This document shows positions 28,498-39,061 of a stretch of DNA of 64,000 nt, in pieces. The position numbers were made by a program, and so were the translations under genes. The notes below the pieces were generated by a model. It saw only the letters and a program-made list of their open reading frames with translations, was not told the DNA's origin and did not search any database. The first letter of the stretch is position 1. Each line of letters starts with the position of its first letter. This stretch comes from Chlamydiota bacterium (GTDB lineage: Bacteria; Chlamydiota; Chlamydiia; Chlamydiales; SM23-39). The DNA is taken from assembly GCA_038534095.1 (NCBI GenBank), contig JBCAXK010000001.1:1-64000 (forward strand). Direction: 5' to 3'.

Positions 28498-29831
28498 TTC
28501 ATTTTTCCCATGGTTTTTTGTAAATCGCGCAAACTGCCCATCTGCTTATTTTTAGGCATATTTTTGCACATTTGTTTAATCCTTCCAAACCCTTTTACAG
28601 TTTGGTTGATGACCGAGACCGGCACTCCCGAGCCTTTTGCAATCCGCTCCTTTCTTTGGCGACATAGAGTCACCTCCTCATTTCTTTCTTTGAGGGTCAT
28701 AGAAAGGATCATCGCCTCGATTTGTCCTAATCGCTCATCTGATGTATCGATATCGGGCATATTTCCTGCGCCTGGCAACATACGAAGTAGACTTTTTAAA
28801 GAGCCCATCTTTTTGATGGCGCGCATTTGCGTTAAATAGTCGGCGTAGGTAAAGCGGGCTTTGCGGATTTTCTCCTCCATCGCCTTGCTTTCTTGCTCAT
28901 CAAACAGATCTTCTGCATGCCTGACAAGATTCACGATATCTCCCATCCCCAAAATCCGGTCAGCCATCGATTTTGGATGAAAGGGTTGTAGGTCCTGGAT
29001 TTTCTCTCCAACGCCTTCAAATTTCAACGGTTTTTTCGTCTCCTCACGAATCGAAATAGCCGCGCCTGCTCGAGCATCTCCATCTAACATCGTTAAAATC
29101 GATCCGGTGATTTGCACCGTCTCGTTGAATGCTTTAGCCGTTTTGACAGCGTCCTGTCCTGTAGCTGCGCTAGCAACAAAGAGCACTTCCTGAGGGCGCG
29201 TGACCTTTTTGATCGCAAGCAACTCCTCCATTAAAGGCGCATCCACATGCAAGCGACCTGCCGTGTCAATAATGACAACATCAAACTTTTCTCGAAAAGC
29301 AAAATCGAGCGCATTTTTTGCAACCTTGACAGGATCTTTGGCTTCTTTTTCTACAAACACAGAAAGATTGTGTTCCTCAGCCAGCCTTTCTAATTGCAAA
29401 ATTGCGGCGGGTCTTTGCAAATCACAAGCGGCGATTAAAACCCGTTTTTTCTGTTTCTTCTGCAAAAAGTAGGCTAGTTTTGCTGCGTGGGTTGTTTTCC
29501 CCGCTCCCTGCAAACCACAAAGCATGATCGGAGAAGGCCTTTCCGAAAGCTGTAAAGAAGCCTCTTTCGAACCCATCAAGGTTTGCAAGGCGTCGTGCAC
29601 AATCTTTACAAATTGCTCTTTTGGTTTGACCGATTTAAGAAGAGCTTTCCCAAGAGCCTCTTCTTTGACCTGTTTGATGAATTTGCTCACAACAGAGTAG
29701 TTGACATCTGCGTCTAAAAGAGCCAAGCGAACAGAACGGATCGCTTCGGTGAGATTTTTCTCATTAAGGGTTTTCCCTTTACCCATGAAGGCAAAAGCTT
29801 CTTGAAATTTTTTAGTTAACGTCCGAAACAT
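28488..29831 (-). CDS. ffh: Signal recognition particle protein
   Basis: ALLDADV, GLQGAGKTT, DTAGR, DGDARAGAA and RIAKGSG M-domain motif. Confidence 0.97.
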   Translation of the reverse strand: MFRTLTKKFQEAFAFMGKGKTLNEKNLTEAIRSVRLALLDADVNYSVVSKFIKQVKEEALGKALLKSVKPKEQFVKIVHDALQTLMGSKEASLQLSERPSPIMLCGLQGAGKTTHAAKLAYFLQKKQKKRVLIAACDLQRPAAILQLERLAEEHNLSVFVEKEAKDPVKVAKNALDFAFREKFDVVIIDTAGRLHVDAPLMEELLAIKKVTRPQEVLFVASAATGQDAVKTAKAFNETVQITGSILTMLDGDARAGAAISIREETKKPLKFEGVGEKIQDLQPFHPKSMADRILGMGDIVNLVRHAEDLFDEQESKAMEEKIRKARFTYADYLTQMRAIKKMGSLKSLLRMLPGAGNMPDIDTSDERLGQIEAMILSMTLKERNEEVTLCRQRKERIAKGSGVPVSVINQTVKGFGRIKQMCKNMPKNKQMGSLRDLQKTMGKMKWH

Positions 29832-29886
29832 TTACGAATTTTTAGTAAAAAACAATGATCAATTTTCAATAATATTATACAAAAAA

Positions 29887-30738
29887 TCATTCTATTTCAA
29901 GGAAAAAGAACCGGGGAAGCCTAGCCCAATCCAAAAAAACGCGCGGATTTTTCCAAAAAGAGCCAGAAAAAATTTTGCAGAGAGCCTCCCCTTGCTGGCT
30001 ACCAATTTCAAAAAATATTTTTGAGGTTTTTTTCAAAAAAGGCTTGCTCTCTTTTTCAAATCTTTCATAAAACTCAAGGCCCGTTTGCCCTCCAAGAAGA
30101 GCCATTTTAGGCTCAAAAAGCAAGGTGGGGTGCGCTCCCTCATACTCCTCTTCAGAAAGGTAAGGGGGGTTGGAGACAAGAATATCGACCTTCTCCCCTT
30201 TTGGAAAAGCGGAGAAAAGATCGCCTTGCAAGCACCTAACGGCAAGCGCATGTTTGTTTGCGTTGCTTTGCGCCAAGGCAAGAGCTTCTTGTGACAAGTC
30301 GCTTATAGTGACACAAAGGCTTGGAAGCGCTTTCTTAAGAGCAAGACCAATTGCTCCCGTTCCCGTTCCAATGTCCCAAAGCGCTGTCTTGCTTGAAAGA
30401 GTTCCTCGGATTTCTTGTACAATCTTATCGACAAATATTTCGGTTTCAGGACGAGGAACAAGAGCTTTAGAAGTCACGGTAAGATCGAGCCCATAAAACT
30501 TTTGCCGAGCAACCACGTACTCTAAAGGCTCATGCTCTGCAAGGCGCTTCACCCCTGCCCGAATCTCTACAAGCTCCCCTTCTTCCAAAGGCTTCTCGAG
30601 TTGCATGTAAAGATCGCAGCGACTACAACCAAAATATAGCGCCAAAAAATCCTCTATACATCTTTTAGGATGCAAGACTTTTCGGCTTTCTAAAAAAGCT
30701 TTTCCCTTTTCTACAATATCTCTTAACGTTTGCATCAT
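29887..30738 (-). CDS. prmC: Release factor glutamine methyltransferase
   Basis: [15 protein letters not shown] and SNPPY; overlaps prfA. Confidence 0.95.
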   Translation of the reverse strand: MMQTLRDIVEKGKAFLESRKVLHPKRCIEDFLALYFGCSRCDLYMQLEKPLEEGELVEIRAGVKRLAEHEPLEYVVARQKFYGLDLTVTSKALVPRPETEIFVDKIVQEIRGTLSSKTALWDIGTGTGAIGLALKKALPSLCVTISDLSQEALALAQSNANKHALAVRCLQGDLFSAFPKGEKVDILVSNPPYLSEEEYEGAHPTLLFEPKMALLGGQTGLEFYERFEKESKPFLKKTSKIFFEIGSQQGEALCKIFSGSFWKNPRVFLDWARLPRFFFLEIE

Positions 30739-31802
30739 TCGCGGTTCAGCGCTTCTTGATAAAAATAGGAGACAAGAGCGCTTGTCATGCCCTCCAATTT
30801 CCCTTCCATGAACTGATCTAAATCATAGGAAGTGTAATGAATCCGGTGATCAGTGATCCGGTTTTGTGGAAAATTGTAGGTGCGTATTCTTTCGGAGCGA
30901 TCTCCGGAACCAACCTGCGCCGAGCGAAGATCTGACTCCTCTTTTTGCCGCTCTTTTTCCTGCTTTTCTTGTATTTTTGCGGACAAGATCCGCATCGCTT
31001 TGTCTTTGTTTTTGTGTTGAGAACGCTCATCTTGACAAACGACGACAATCCTTGTTGGAAGGTGGGTAATGCGAACAGCAGAATCGGTCACATTGACGTG
31101 CTGACCACCTGCCCCTGAAGCCCGAAAGGTTTCTATCCGAAGATCGACTTCATTGATCGAGACCTTTTCTTGTTCGGTTGGCTCCATAAGCACAGCAACC
31201 GTTACAGCAGAAGTGTGCACTCTACCCTGAGTTTCTGTCGCCGGAACTCTTTGTACCCGGTGCGTTCCCGCTTCATATTGCATTTGCCGGTGTACCCCCT
31301 TCCCAGAAAGAACAAAGATGTACTCCTTGAACCCTCCCGATCCAGAAGAGGTGGAAGATAACGACTCAAAGGTCCATTTTTTTTCTGCAGAAAAATTTTT
31401 GTACATCCTAGCGCAGTCTGCGACGAAAAGGGCCGCTTCCTCACCACCAGTTCCGGCCCGAATTTCTATGATGGTATTTCGGTCATCATTTGGACTGGGA
31501 GGAACGAGAAGAGTTTCTAGGTTAGACTTGGCTTTAGAGAGGTTTTCTTCGATCTCACTAGTATCTTCTTTCAAAAGAGCCTTCATCTCTTCGTCAGACT
31601 CTTCTGTCAAAAGCTGGAGATTTTCTGTTTGCCGTTTTAGAAGAAGGTCATACTCTTCGAAGGCCGTTTTGATGGAAGATAGATAAGCGTGCTCTTGGGT
31701 AAGAGCTCGGTAAGAAGTTTGATCAGAAAGCGTCTCCGGCTGACCTAAAAGCTGTTCCACTTCTTCGAGTCGCTGTAAAAGCCGGATCACTTTTTCTTTC
31801 AT
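30735..31802 (-). CDS. prfA: Peptide chain release factor 1
   Basis: [25 protein letters not shown] and RTYNFPQNR. Confidence 0.97.
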   Translation of the reverse strand: MKEKVIRLLQRLEEVEQLLGQPETLSDQTSYRALTQEHAYLSSIKTAFEEYDLLLKRQTENLQLLTEESDEEMKALLKEDTSEIEENLSKAKSNLETLLVPPSPNDDRNTIIEIRAGTGGEEAALFVADCARMYKNFSAEKKWTFESLSSTSSGSGGFKEYIFVLSGKGVHRQMQYEAGTHRVQRVPATETQGRVHTSAVTVAVLMEPTEQEKVSINEVDLRIETFRASGAGGQHVNVTDSAVRITHLPTRIVVVCQDERSQHKNKDKAMRILSAKIQEKQEKERQKEESDLRSAQVGSGDRSERIRTYNFPQNRITDHRIHYTSYDLDQFMEGKLEGMTSALVSYFYQEALNRE

Positions 31803-32119
31803 TTTTTCTTCTTTTTTTGCTTCGCTTGTTCTTTAAAAGCCTGCTCACTTTGCTCTTTATTCCGCTTTTCTTCTTCTCTTTTCTTAGCGTACCGTTTTGC
31901 AAAGCGGCTAACTCTTCCTTCAGAATCGATGAATTTTTCACTACCTGTGTAAAATGGATGAGAAGCAGAGGATACAGGGACTCTCACAGCAGGGTAGGTT
32001 TTCCCTTCGTATTCTTCTGTTTCTTTTGGTTGCATGGTGCTACCGATCACAAATTTCTTTCCTGTAGAAGAATCGATAAAAAGAACATCTTGATACGGAG
32101 GGTGTATAGATTTTTTCAT
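31799..32119 (-). CDS. rpmE2: 50S ribosomal protein L31 type B
   Basis: MKKSIHPPY...[10 protein letters not shown]...EGRV; no CxxC motifs. Confidence 0.93.
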   Translation of the reverse strand: MKKSIHPPYQDVLFIDSSTGKKFVIGSTMQPKETEEYEGKTYPAVRVPVSSASHPFYTGSEKFIDSEGRVSRFAKRYAKKREEEKRNKEQSEQAFKEQAKQKKKKK

Positions 32120-32695
32120 TGAACAATCCTTAGGTTGTCGTAAATTTCACATTTTTTATTAGATTAATTCTATTTTTTTTACCTTAAAAAAACAAGATTT
32201 TTCCTAATGCAATTTTTTACTAATAAGGAGAGCATTTGGGGGATTTTTTGCTCCTTACTTAGCCTGTTTTACAGGCTTTTTACCTCCGCTCCATTGAAGC
32301 GGATAACGACTATGTTTTTAGAAGTAAAAAACCTGACACCCCTTTCAAATAATCCTTATCGCGCGCCCTTTAGAGAGAAGGGCTTGCAAACCACAGAACC
32401 TCGTCATAAAACGGGATCATCGGAACAAAAGAATAGAAGTATTTTTTGGATAAAAAGACAAAAAAACCAGCTCCCCCATAGAGAAAAGGTAAACTTCATC
32501 CTCTTACGACCTTCAATAACCCTGCTTTTCCCAAGCAAGAAAAACCCTCTCCACTTACAGAAAAACAAGCTCAAAAAAAGAGGCACTGCATTTGAGAGCA
32601 CTCACTTGCAAGAGGAAAACAGTTCCTGCAACGATCTACCAACACCTATGAAATCCACTAGAAATCAAATAGAGCTTTTGGGTAAGATATCTTTT

Positions 32696-33574
32696 ATGTA
32701 TGGACACACGTTACAAGCAGGACCAGAGAAGACCCCTAAATCTGTAAAATATCTTTTATGTATCATTCTAGGAGCTAGCCTGCTATGGGCTGTTTCTACA
32801 AAATTCCTCCCCTACTTTGCCTACAATTATTTACTCCACGCGATCACTCTTAGCCCAGATGCCCTTTTTCGAGGTTACATTTGGCAGCTTTTCACCTATC
32901 CTTTTGTACAACCTGTTGCAGGAATCTTATCATTCAACTATTTACTTGATCTTGCGTTTAAGCTCTACCTCACTTGGGTCGTCGGCTCTTCTCTTGTAGA
33001 GTCTCGAGGAGAAAAATCATTTTTAACCCTGTTTTTTTCGGGCGTTGCTATTTCTGGAGCCTTGACTGCGCTATTTATGGGCCTAACAGGACACAGCCAA
33101 CCTTTCATGGGAGCGCATAGTCCGCTCTATATTCTTTTATTTGCGTGGATGATTCTCAATCCTTACGCCAAAGTGTACCTGTTTTTCACGGTACCTCTCA
33201 ACGTAACCCTAGTCATCCTTGGTCTATGGTCCTGTAATCTTTTTCTATCACTCATGAACGGAAGTTTTTCGATTGTATTTAGCTATTTCATTTGCGGCGC
33301 CTATGGTTACCTCTATTCGGTCGGTATGTATCAAGCATTTAGTCCGTTTTTACCCCTACGCTCTTTTGAATCAAAGCTCCAAGATAGCCTGCACAGGAAA
33401 CCGAAAAAAAAAACAGAAAGTAGGGTTTACGATTTTAAAACAGGCAAGCCCCTTTCAAAGGATGCCCTCTTTATGGATGCGATGCTCGCGAAAATTGCAA
33501 AGTTTGGGAAAAACAGCCTTACAAAAGAGGAACTTTCTCGGATGCACTCCATCTCAAAAAAATCTCCTTCCTGA
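32696..33574 (+). CDS. Rhomboid-family membrane protein, catalytic residues apparently absent
   Basis: WQLFTYPF, multiple TM helices and C-terminal MDAMLAKIAKFGKNSLTKEE domain. Likely start MYGHTL at 32696; the track extends upstream to 32207. Confidence 0.75.
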   Translation: MYGHTLQAGPEKTPKSVKYLLCIILGASLLWAVSTKFLPYFAYNYLLHAITLSPDALFRGYIWQLFTYPFVQPVAGILSFNYLLDLAFKLYLTWVVGSSLVESRGEKSFLTLFFSGVAISGALTALFMGLTGHSQPFMGAHSPLYILLFAWMILNPYAKVYLFFTVPLNVTLVILGLWSCNLFLSLMNGSFSIVFSYFICGAYGYLYSVGMYQAFSPFLPLRSFESKLQDSLHRKPKKKTESRVYDFKTGKPLSKDALFMDAMLAKIAKFGKNSLTKEELSRMHSISKKSPS

Positions 33575-33813
33575 TCTCTTGAAAGACTCTACTTCTTTTC
33601 GAACACCTAACAGGACCGTATGTTCAAGACAACGTAATTGTTGAATAGTTGTACAAGACTGATTGCTTAACCCTTCTAATCTTCTTCGAAATATGAGCAA
33701 ATAGCATAGATATTTTAGAAATGGAATTCTAACAGCTTTTCTTAAACTCGTACCTATTGTTAATATTCCTTGGTTTATTAAAAATACGTTCCTCCAAACA
33801 CATTAGGTACGCA

Positions 33814-35442
33814 ATGTCAACGATCCATTTTTCCTCAGACTCTTCTAAAGAATACTACTTTTGCTCTATAGAGGCCGCAGAGAAATTTGCGCAAACAAGC
33901 CGACCAATCGATGTAATTTCATTATTCAACATCGGAACTAAACCGGCAAAATTCCAGTACATGATCGCTGTTTGCAAGTCGATAGGACAAAAGGTTTTTA
34001 CTCAGAAAAACGCGCCTATTGTACAAGAAACTCTTAAACGTTGCTTCTCGCTGAGCGCTTCCCCTTCAGATGAAAAACGTACCGTTTTTTGGGTCGATCT
34101 AATTGCCGGTTTCTTAAACAAGGAAGATACACATGAACTAGGCTTTTCTTTGCTAGAAGAAAAATACAGTGAAGAGATCGAGAACAATGTGAACCAAGCT
34201 CCAAAATTGCCAGAATCTGTTGCAAAGAAGCTTGCAAATAGTAGTAATCAGGACGTAAAAAAATATTTTTCTGGAGCTTTTCGTTATTGTAAGAAAGTAA
34301 ACTGTATACAGCTTTTTTGTTTCGACGTTTTTAATTGTTTATGTAGAGAAAGTCGAGATTCTTTATTTATTGATTTATTCAACACCATTCCAAAAAATGG
34401 CGCGCACCATATCCTTGGCAAAAATGTTGTAACGCTAGCCGTGCACTATGGTTTATTCCGATTTTTAAGTGACTTTTGTTTTTTTTTGGAACAACAATAC
34501 GAGGGGGCAATAGCTCAAGAAAAACCCAGTTTCCTCTCTTATCATGAGCTGCTAGATACAATTTTCCGTTTTCAAAGCAAAGAATTCACAGAAAAGTTCT
34601 TCAAATCGTTCAACTTGGATAACAATATTAAAACAGCATGTTTTGTAAAATGTATCCGTAAAATGTTTCAAAATCCTGCGTTTCAGGATACAATGTGTAT
34701 CCTTGCAGATCGTTACCCAGGTAAGATGATCGGATGGTTTGAGGAAAAATTTCAACACATATCAAATACATTTTCTGAAGCCTTATTATTTGGAATGCTA
34801 TCGGATGAATCTAATTTTCTAACTCCTCTGCAAGCTTCCGTTACTTCTCTTGATGATGTGAAAAATCAATATTGGAGACTGCGAAAAATTGCGCTGTGTC
34901 CTGAAAAAGAAATAGACGATTTATATTTAAATCCAGACATAGTCATCGAAAAGTATTTACATAAAAGTGAAAGGGAAAGCATCGAGAAACTATCAAACCA
35001 AGATCGCTCGGAATTATTTTGTATTTTAAATCAATTAGCTGTTGCTAATCTCCCTCTAATTTCAAAGTATTTCTCTTGTTTATGTGATGAAATGGAATTT
35101 ACCATGCAAGTTGATAAAAGTATCAATCTTTCTACAATCAAAGACCCCATCATTGTTGATTTTTTGAAGGAATTGGACGCAGTAAAAATGTTTAACAACA
35201 CCAATAATCCTAGTACTCTGCATTTTGTGTTATGGTTCCGTGCCCAACAGGTAGATAAAAACAAAAGCTTTGAACTTCTGCTCTCGGCTTCAGATCATGG
35301 CTCACAAGATACCCCTACAAGCGTAGAGGAGTTAAGCACGCCGAGCCATTTAGGAAAAAGAGCTTATCCTTTTGAGGAAAAGAAAAAAGACCCAAAAAAA
35401 CCCGCTCCTTTAAGTAATGAGCAAAACGGGATAGAAAGATAG
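33814..35442 (+). CDS. Orphan ~540-aa protein with basic C-terminal tail
   Basis: Long intact ORF; likely start MSTIHF at 33814; no recognisable domain. Confidence 0.65.
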   Translation: MSTIHFSSDSSKEYYFCSIEAAEKFAQTSRPIDVISLFNIGTKPAKFQYMIAVCKSIGQKVFTQKNAPIVQETLKRCFSLSASPSDEKRTVFWVDLIAGFLNKEDTHELGFSLLEEKYSEEIENNVNQAPKLPESVAKKLANSSNQDVKKYFSGAFRYCKKVNCIQLFCFDVFNCLCRESRDSLFIDLFNTIPKNGAHHILGKNVVTLAVHYGLFRFLSDFCFFLEQQYEGAIAQEKPSFLSYHELLDTIFRFQSKEFTEKFFKSFNLDNNIKTACFVKCIRKMFQNPAFQDTMCILADRYPGKMIGWFEEKFQHISNTFSEALLFGMLSDESNFLTPLQASVTSLDDVKNQYWRLRKIALCPEKEIDDLYLNPDIVIEKYLHKSERESIEKLSNQDRSELFCILNQLAVANLPLISKYFSCLCDEMEFTMQVDKSINLSTIKDPIIVDFLKELDAVKMFNNTNNPSTLHFVLWFRAQQVDKNKSFELLLSASDHGSQDTPTSVEELSTPSHLGKRAYPFEEKKKDPKKPAPLSNEQNGIER

Positions 35443-35726
35443 AAAAAAAGCCCCTTCAAAATAGGAATGCAGCAAAGAGAAACACAGATTGTAGCTTTCA
35501 AATGAAACATTGTTCACAAGTGTTCGTAATACTTTTGCAGCGTTTCTTGTACAAATCGGCCAATTTGAAAGACTAGAACAAGGGATGCAAAAGGAAAACG
35601 ATTGCTTTTTCTAGGATCAAGACCTATTAGCGCCTAAGTTCTTCAGAAATAAAAGGATAAAATCCTTTACAAAAATCAAATATTATCATTATAAACTTTC
35701 TGTTTACACGATAAAGGAATAACAAT

Positions 35727-36206
35727 ATGGTAACAGCAATACAGCAGAGCTTTTCGGGGAACCATTCATCAGAACCTCCCACTAATCAAACAGCTACACA
35801 TCGTCAAGAAACAAATACAACTATAGATAAGATTAAAAGAGGTCTAACTACTGTAAACATAAATTCTCCACAAACAGGACTAACGCCGTATTCACGAAAT
35901 TGGGTTGCTTTGAAAATGCAACTTACAAAACAACCAAAGCATTCATCATCTATTGGGAGGCCCCTAGCTGCAAGGGTGAGCAATACCAGACAAAATCCAA
36001 AAATAACGATGAGAGCTAACGAGCAAGAGCCTGCCACAACACAAAACAATCTATCGTCTAACAACACAGCATCAACAAACCAAATAGACGGACGTTTTAA
36101 CCCTCAAGCACATAGAGATGGTAGCTTGTGGACACCTTTTATTCGCAATGGTATGAAAAGCAAGCCACAACACCCTCCTAAAAAATTCTTGTCAAATCTC
36201 TCCTAA
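35727..36206 (+). CDS. Orphan 159-aa Q/N/T/S-rich protein
   Basis: AAAGGA RBS; polar, low-complexity, probably disordered. Confidence 0.55.
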   Translation: MVTAIQQSFSGNHSSEPPTNQTATHRQETNTTIDKIKRGLTTVNINSPQTGLTPYSRNWVALKMQLTKQPKHSSSIGRPLAARVSNTRQNPKITMRANEQEPATTQNNLSSNNTASTNQIDGRFNPQAHRDGSLWTPFIRNGMKSKPQHPPKKFLSNLS

Positions 36207-36373
36207 AACAAAAAATCAGAAAGAACGATCAGAGAAACGCCTAAGAATGTAGACAGAAAGAACGCAAATCTGAAGATTTTTTTGATGTAGAAAGAATTTT
36301 GGAAGATTGTTACTTGGCGCTACTTTGCAACTCAGAGTAGCGCTCTAACTTAGCAAAAGCTCATGAAAAGAGA

Positions 36374-36396
36374 AGCGGAAAAATCATTTTTCCGCT
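36374..36396 (-). terminator. Hairpin downstream of pnp, probable terminator
   Basis: agcggaaaaa-tca-tttttccgct about 10 nt after the pnp stop, followed on the minus strand by tctcttttc. Confidence 0.55.
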
Positions 36397-36406
36397 GATT
36401 ATTTTC

Positions 36407-38515
36407 TTATGCTTGCTTGAGTTTTTCTTTTTTTGGCAAAAGCACTTTATGACTGAGCTTGATCTGTCCTCGATCATTGATCTCTAGCACCTTCACTTCG
36501 ATGGTATCCCCTTCTTTATAGAGGTCTTGTAGATTTTGTACTCTGGTATGGGATACCTCAGAGATATGACAAAGCCCCTCTTTCCCAGGTAAAATCTCTA
36601 CAAAAAGACCAAAAGCAACAATTGAGGTAATTTTCCCCACATAGACTTTCCCAGATTCCGCTTCTGCAGTTAGGCCATGGATGATTTCTTTTGCTTTTTC
36701 CATCGACTCACCACTAGTAGAAGCGATCGAGATGAGACCTGCGTCATCAATATCAATTTCTACGCCTGTCTCTTCGATGATGGCACGAATTTGCTTGCCA
36801 CCTGGACCAATTACAACGCCAATCTTACTAGGCTTAATCTGTATGTGCTCAATTCTAGGAGCATGTTTCGACAGATCTGCTTTCGACTCAGGAAGCGCCT
36901 GCAACATCCTCTCTAAAATGTACACTCGCCCTTTTTTTGCCTGCTCTAGGGCTTTTTTCAGGGTATCTTTGTTAATTCCTTCCACCTTGATATCCATTTG
37001 GAAGGCTGTGATTCCTTCAGCATCTCCTGTGATTTTGAAATCCATATCACCAAGAGCATCTTCGGCACCTAAAATGTCCGATAAAACAGCGCTCTTGTTT
37101 CCTTCTAGAATGAGCCCCATAGCAATCCCTGCGATAGGTCTTCGAATAGGAACGCCAGCGTCCATCAAGGCAACGCAGCCGCCACAAACAGAAGCCATCG
37201 AGGAAGAACCGTTCGATTCTGTAATGTTGGATTCTAAACGGAGCACGTAAGGAAACTCTTCCTTGGTAGGAAGGGCGCTCATGAGCGCTCTTTCCGCAAG
37301 TTTACCATGACCCACTTCTCTTCTGCTAGCAGGTCCTACGCGGCCCACCTCACCGACGGAAAATGGAGGAAAAGAATATTGCAGGTAAAAGCGCTGCGTT
37401 CCCTCCCCTTTTAAATCTTCAAAGCGCTGGACCATGGTTTCTCCGCCAAGAGTACATACAGCAATCGCTTGCGTTTCTCCTCTTGTGAATAGTGCGCTTC
37501 CATGCACTCTTGGAAAAAGGCTATGCTCCACATCAATCGGACGGATTTCGTCGAGTTTTCTTCCATCAATTCTTGTCTTGCTTTCCAGGATCATTTCACG
37601 CATCAACTTCGAAGAAAGTTTCTTAAAAGCCATTTTCACATCCCGCATACTAAAGCGAGCATCTTCCGGAGCAGCAAGAGCCTCAATAACAATGTCTCTT
37701 GCTTTCGACAAGAGCTCTTCACGATTTTGTTTTGTCGCTACTTTGAGAGCGTCTTGGAGCAAGGTCTTGGCAATTTTTTCCACTTCGTAGTGGACTTCTT
37801 CAGGAATGGGACGGAGAGCTTCCAAATTTTTCTTTTTCCCAAGACGTTTTTGCCATTCTTCTAAAGCGTGGCAAATCGTTTGGATCGCTTGATGCCCCTC
37901 TTCAATAGCTTGTAACACATCTTCTTCTGGCAAAAAGTCACAGTATCCTTCGATCATTAAGATTGCGCTGCTTGTTCCTGCTAAAACGAGATCGAGACTC
38001 GAACGTTTGATCTCTTCTTCTGTAGGATTGATGATGAAAGATCCGTCGATTTTACCAACGCGGACCGCGCCAACAGGGCTGCTAATTGGAATCTCAGATA
38101 ACACCAAAGCGGCAGAAGAAGCGCAGATCGCAAGAACATCTGGTTTGTGAACACCATCATAAGAATAGACATAAGAAAGAATTTGGGTGTCGTTGTAATA
38201 CCCATCTGGAAACATCGGACGAATTGGTCGATCGATCAATCTACAAACAAGGATTTCCCGCTCTGTTGGACGCCCTTCTCTTTTGATCCAACCACTGAGC
38301 GTTTTTCCTGCGGAAGAAAATTTTTCCTGGTAATCTACGCGAAGTGGAAGAAAATCGACATCTTCCATCGGCTCTTTCGTTGCAGAGGCGGTCGATAAGA
38401 CGGTCGTTTCCTCTAAATGGAGTAAAACTGAGCCGCCTGCTTGACGCGCAATTTTACCCGTTTCAAAAATAAGGGTTTTCCCTTGAATCTTGACTTCAAT
38501 TGTTTCTCTTTTCAT
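36407..38515 (-). CDS. pnp: Polyribonucleotide nucleotidyltransferase
   Basis: RLIDRPIRP, FTRGETQ, SNGSSSMASVC, GDMDFK, plus KH and S1 domains. Confidence 0.98.
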   Translation of the reverse strand: MKRETIEVKIQGKTLIFETGKIARQAGGSVLLHLEETTVLSTASATKEPMEDVDFLPLRVDYQEKFSSAGKTLSGWIKREGRPTEREILVCRLIDRPIRPMFPDGYYNDTQILSYVYSYDGVHKPDVLAICASSAALVLSEIPISSPVGAVRVGKIDGSFIINPTEEEIKRSSLDLVLAGTSSAILMIEGYCDFLPEEDVLQAIEEGHQAIQTICHALEEWQKRLGKKKNLEALRPIPEEVHYEVEKIAKTLLQDALKVATKQNREELLSKARDIVIEALAAPEDARFSMRDVKMAFKKLSSKLMREMILESKTRIDGRKLDEIRPIDVEHSLFPRVHGSALFTRGETQAIAVCTLGGETMVQRFEDLKGEGTQRFYLQYSFPPFSVGEVGRVGPASRREVGHGKLAERALMSALPTKEEFPYVLRLESNITESNGSSSMASVCGGCVALMDAGVPIRRPIAGIAMGLILEGNKSAVLSDILGAEDALGDMDFKITGDAEGITAFQMDIKVEGINKDTLKKALEQAKKGRVYILERMLQALPESKADLSKHAPRIEHIQIKPSKIGVVIGPGGKQIRAIIEETGVEIDIDDAGLISIASTSGESMEKAKEIIHGLTAEAESGKVYVGKITSIVAFGLFVEILPGKEGLCHISEVSHTRVQNLQDLYKEGDTIEVKVLEINDRGQIKLSHKVLLPKKEKLKQA

Positions 38516-38545
38516 AGCTTTTCCTTAAAAGTATTCGAAATAGCA

Positions 38546-38601
38546 GAAAGAATAGAAAGCAAAGACAAATAGTAAAATTTATCTTTGCTTTCTATTCTTT
38601 C
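38546..38601 (-). promoter_or_regulatory. 25-bp RNA hairpin in the rpsO-pnp spacer (candidate RNase III processing site)
   Basis: gaaagaatagaaagcaaagacaaat-agtaaa-atttatctttgctttctattctttc; the single mismatch becomes a U-G pair on the transcribed strand. Confidence 0.65.
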
Positions 38602-38651
38602 AAAAGTTTTTAATGTAGTAATAACGTTCAGATGCGTGTTTCTATAATATG

Positions 38652-38921
38652 TTATTTTCTGAGGTTCAATCTTGCAATCAGCGTTTGGTAACGTTTTGTA
38701 TCTGTAGAATTGAGGTAGTCGAGCAATTTTCTTCTTTGCCCTACGAGTTTTAAAAGAGCGAGTCTTGAAGCGTGATCTTTTGGAGAGAGTTTTAAGTGTT
38801 CGGTGAGCTCGGCAATTCTCTCAGTAAGAATAGCGATTTGAACATCAGCAGATCCGGTGTCCTTTTCGTGTAATTGAAACTTTTTGGTGATTTCTTCTTT
38901 CGTACCTTTATCTAGTGACAT
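38652..38921 (-). CDS. rpsO: 30S ribosomal protein S15
   Basis: [13 protein letters not shown] and [12 protein letters not shown]. Confidence 0.98.
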   Translation of the reverse strand: MSLDKGTKEEITKKFQLHEKDTGSADVQIAILTERIAELTEHLKLSPKDHASRLALLKLVGQRRKLLDYLNSTDTKRYQTLIARLNLRK

Positions 38922-39061
38922 GAGTAACTTTTCTCCATGAAATACGCGTTAATGCAATATGCTCTTTTATGTTAAAGTCTAGAGGAAATTCGTTTATAAA
39001 TCAATAGCAACCATTTTTAGAAAGCGCAGGAAAAAATTGAAATACGGGCCACGATCTTTTT

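Noticed and set aside
32207..32695. 163-aa N-terminal extension of the rhomboid ORF
   Set aside because: Reads like translated intergenic DNA covering the divergent promoter region; family similarity begins only after 32696
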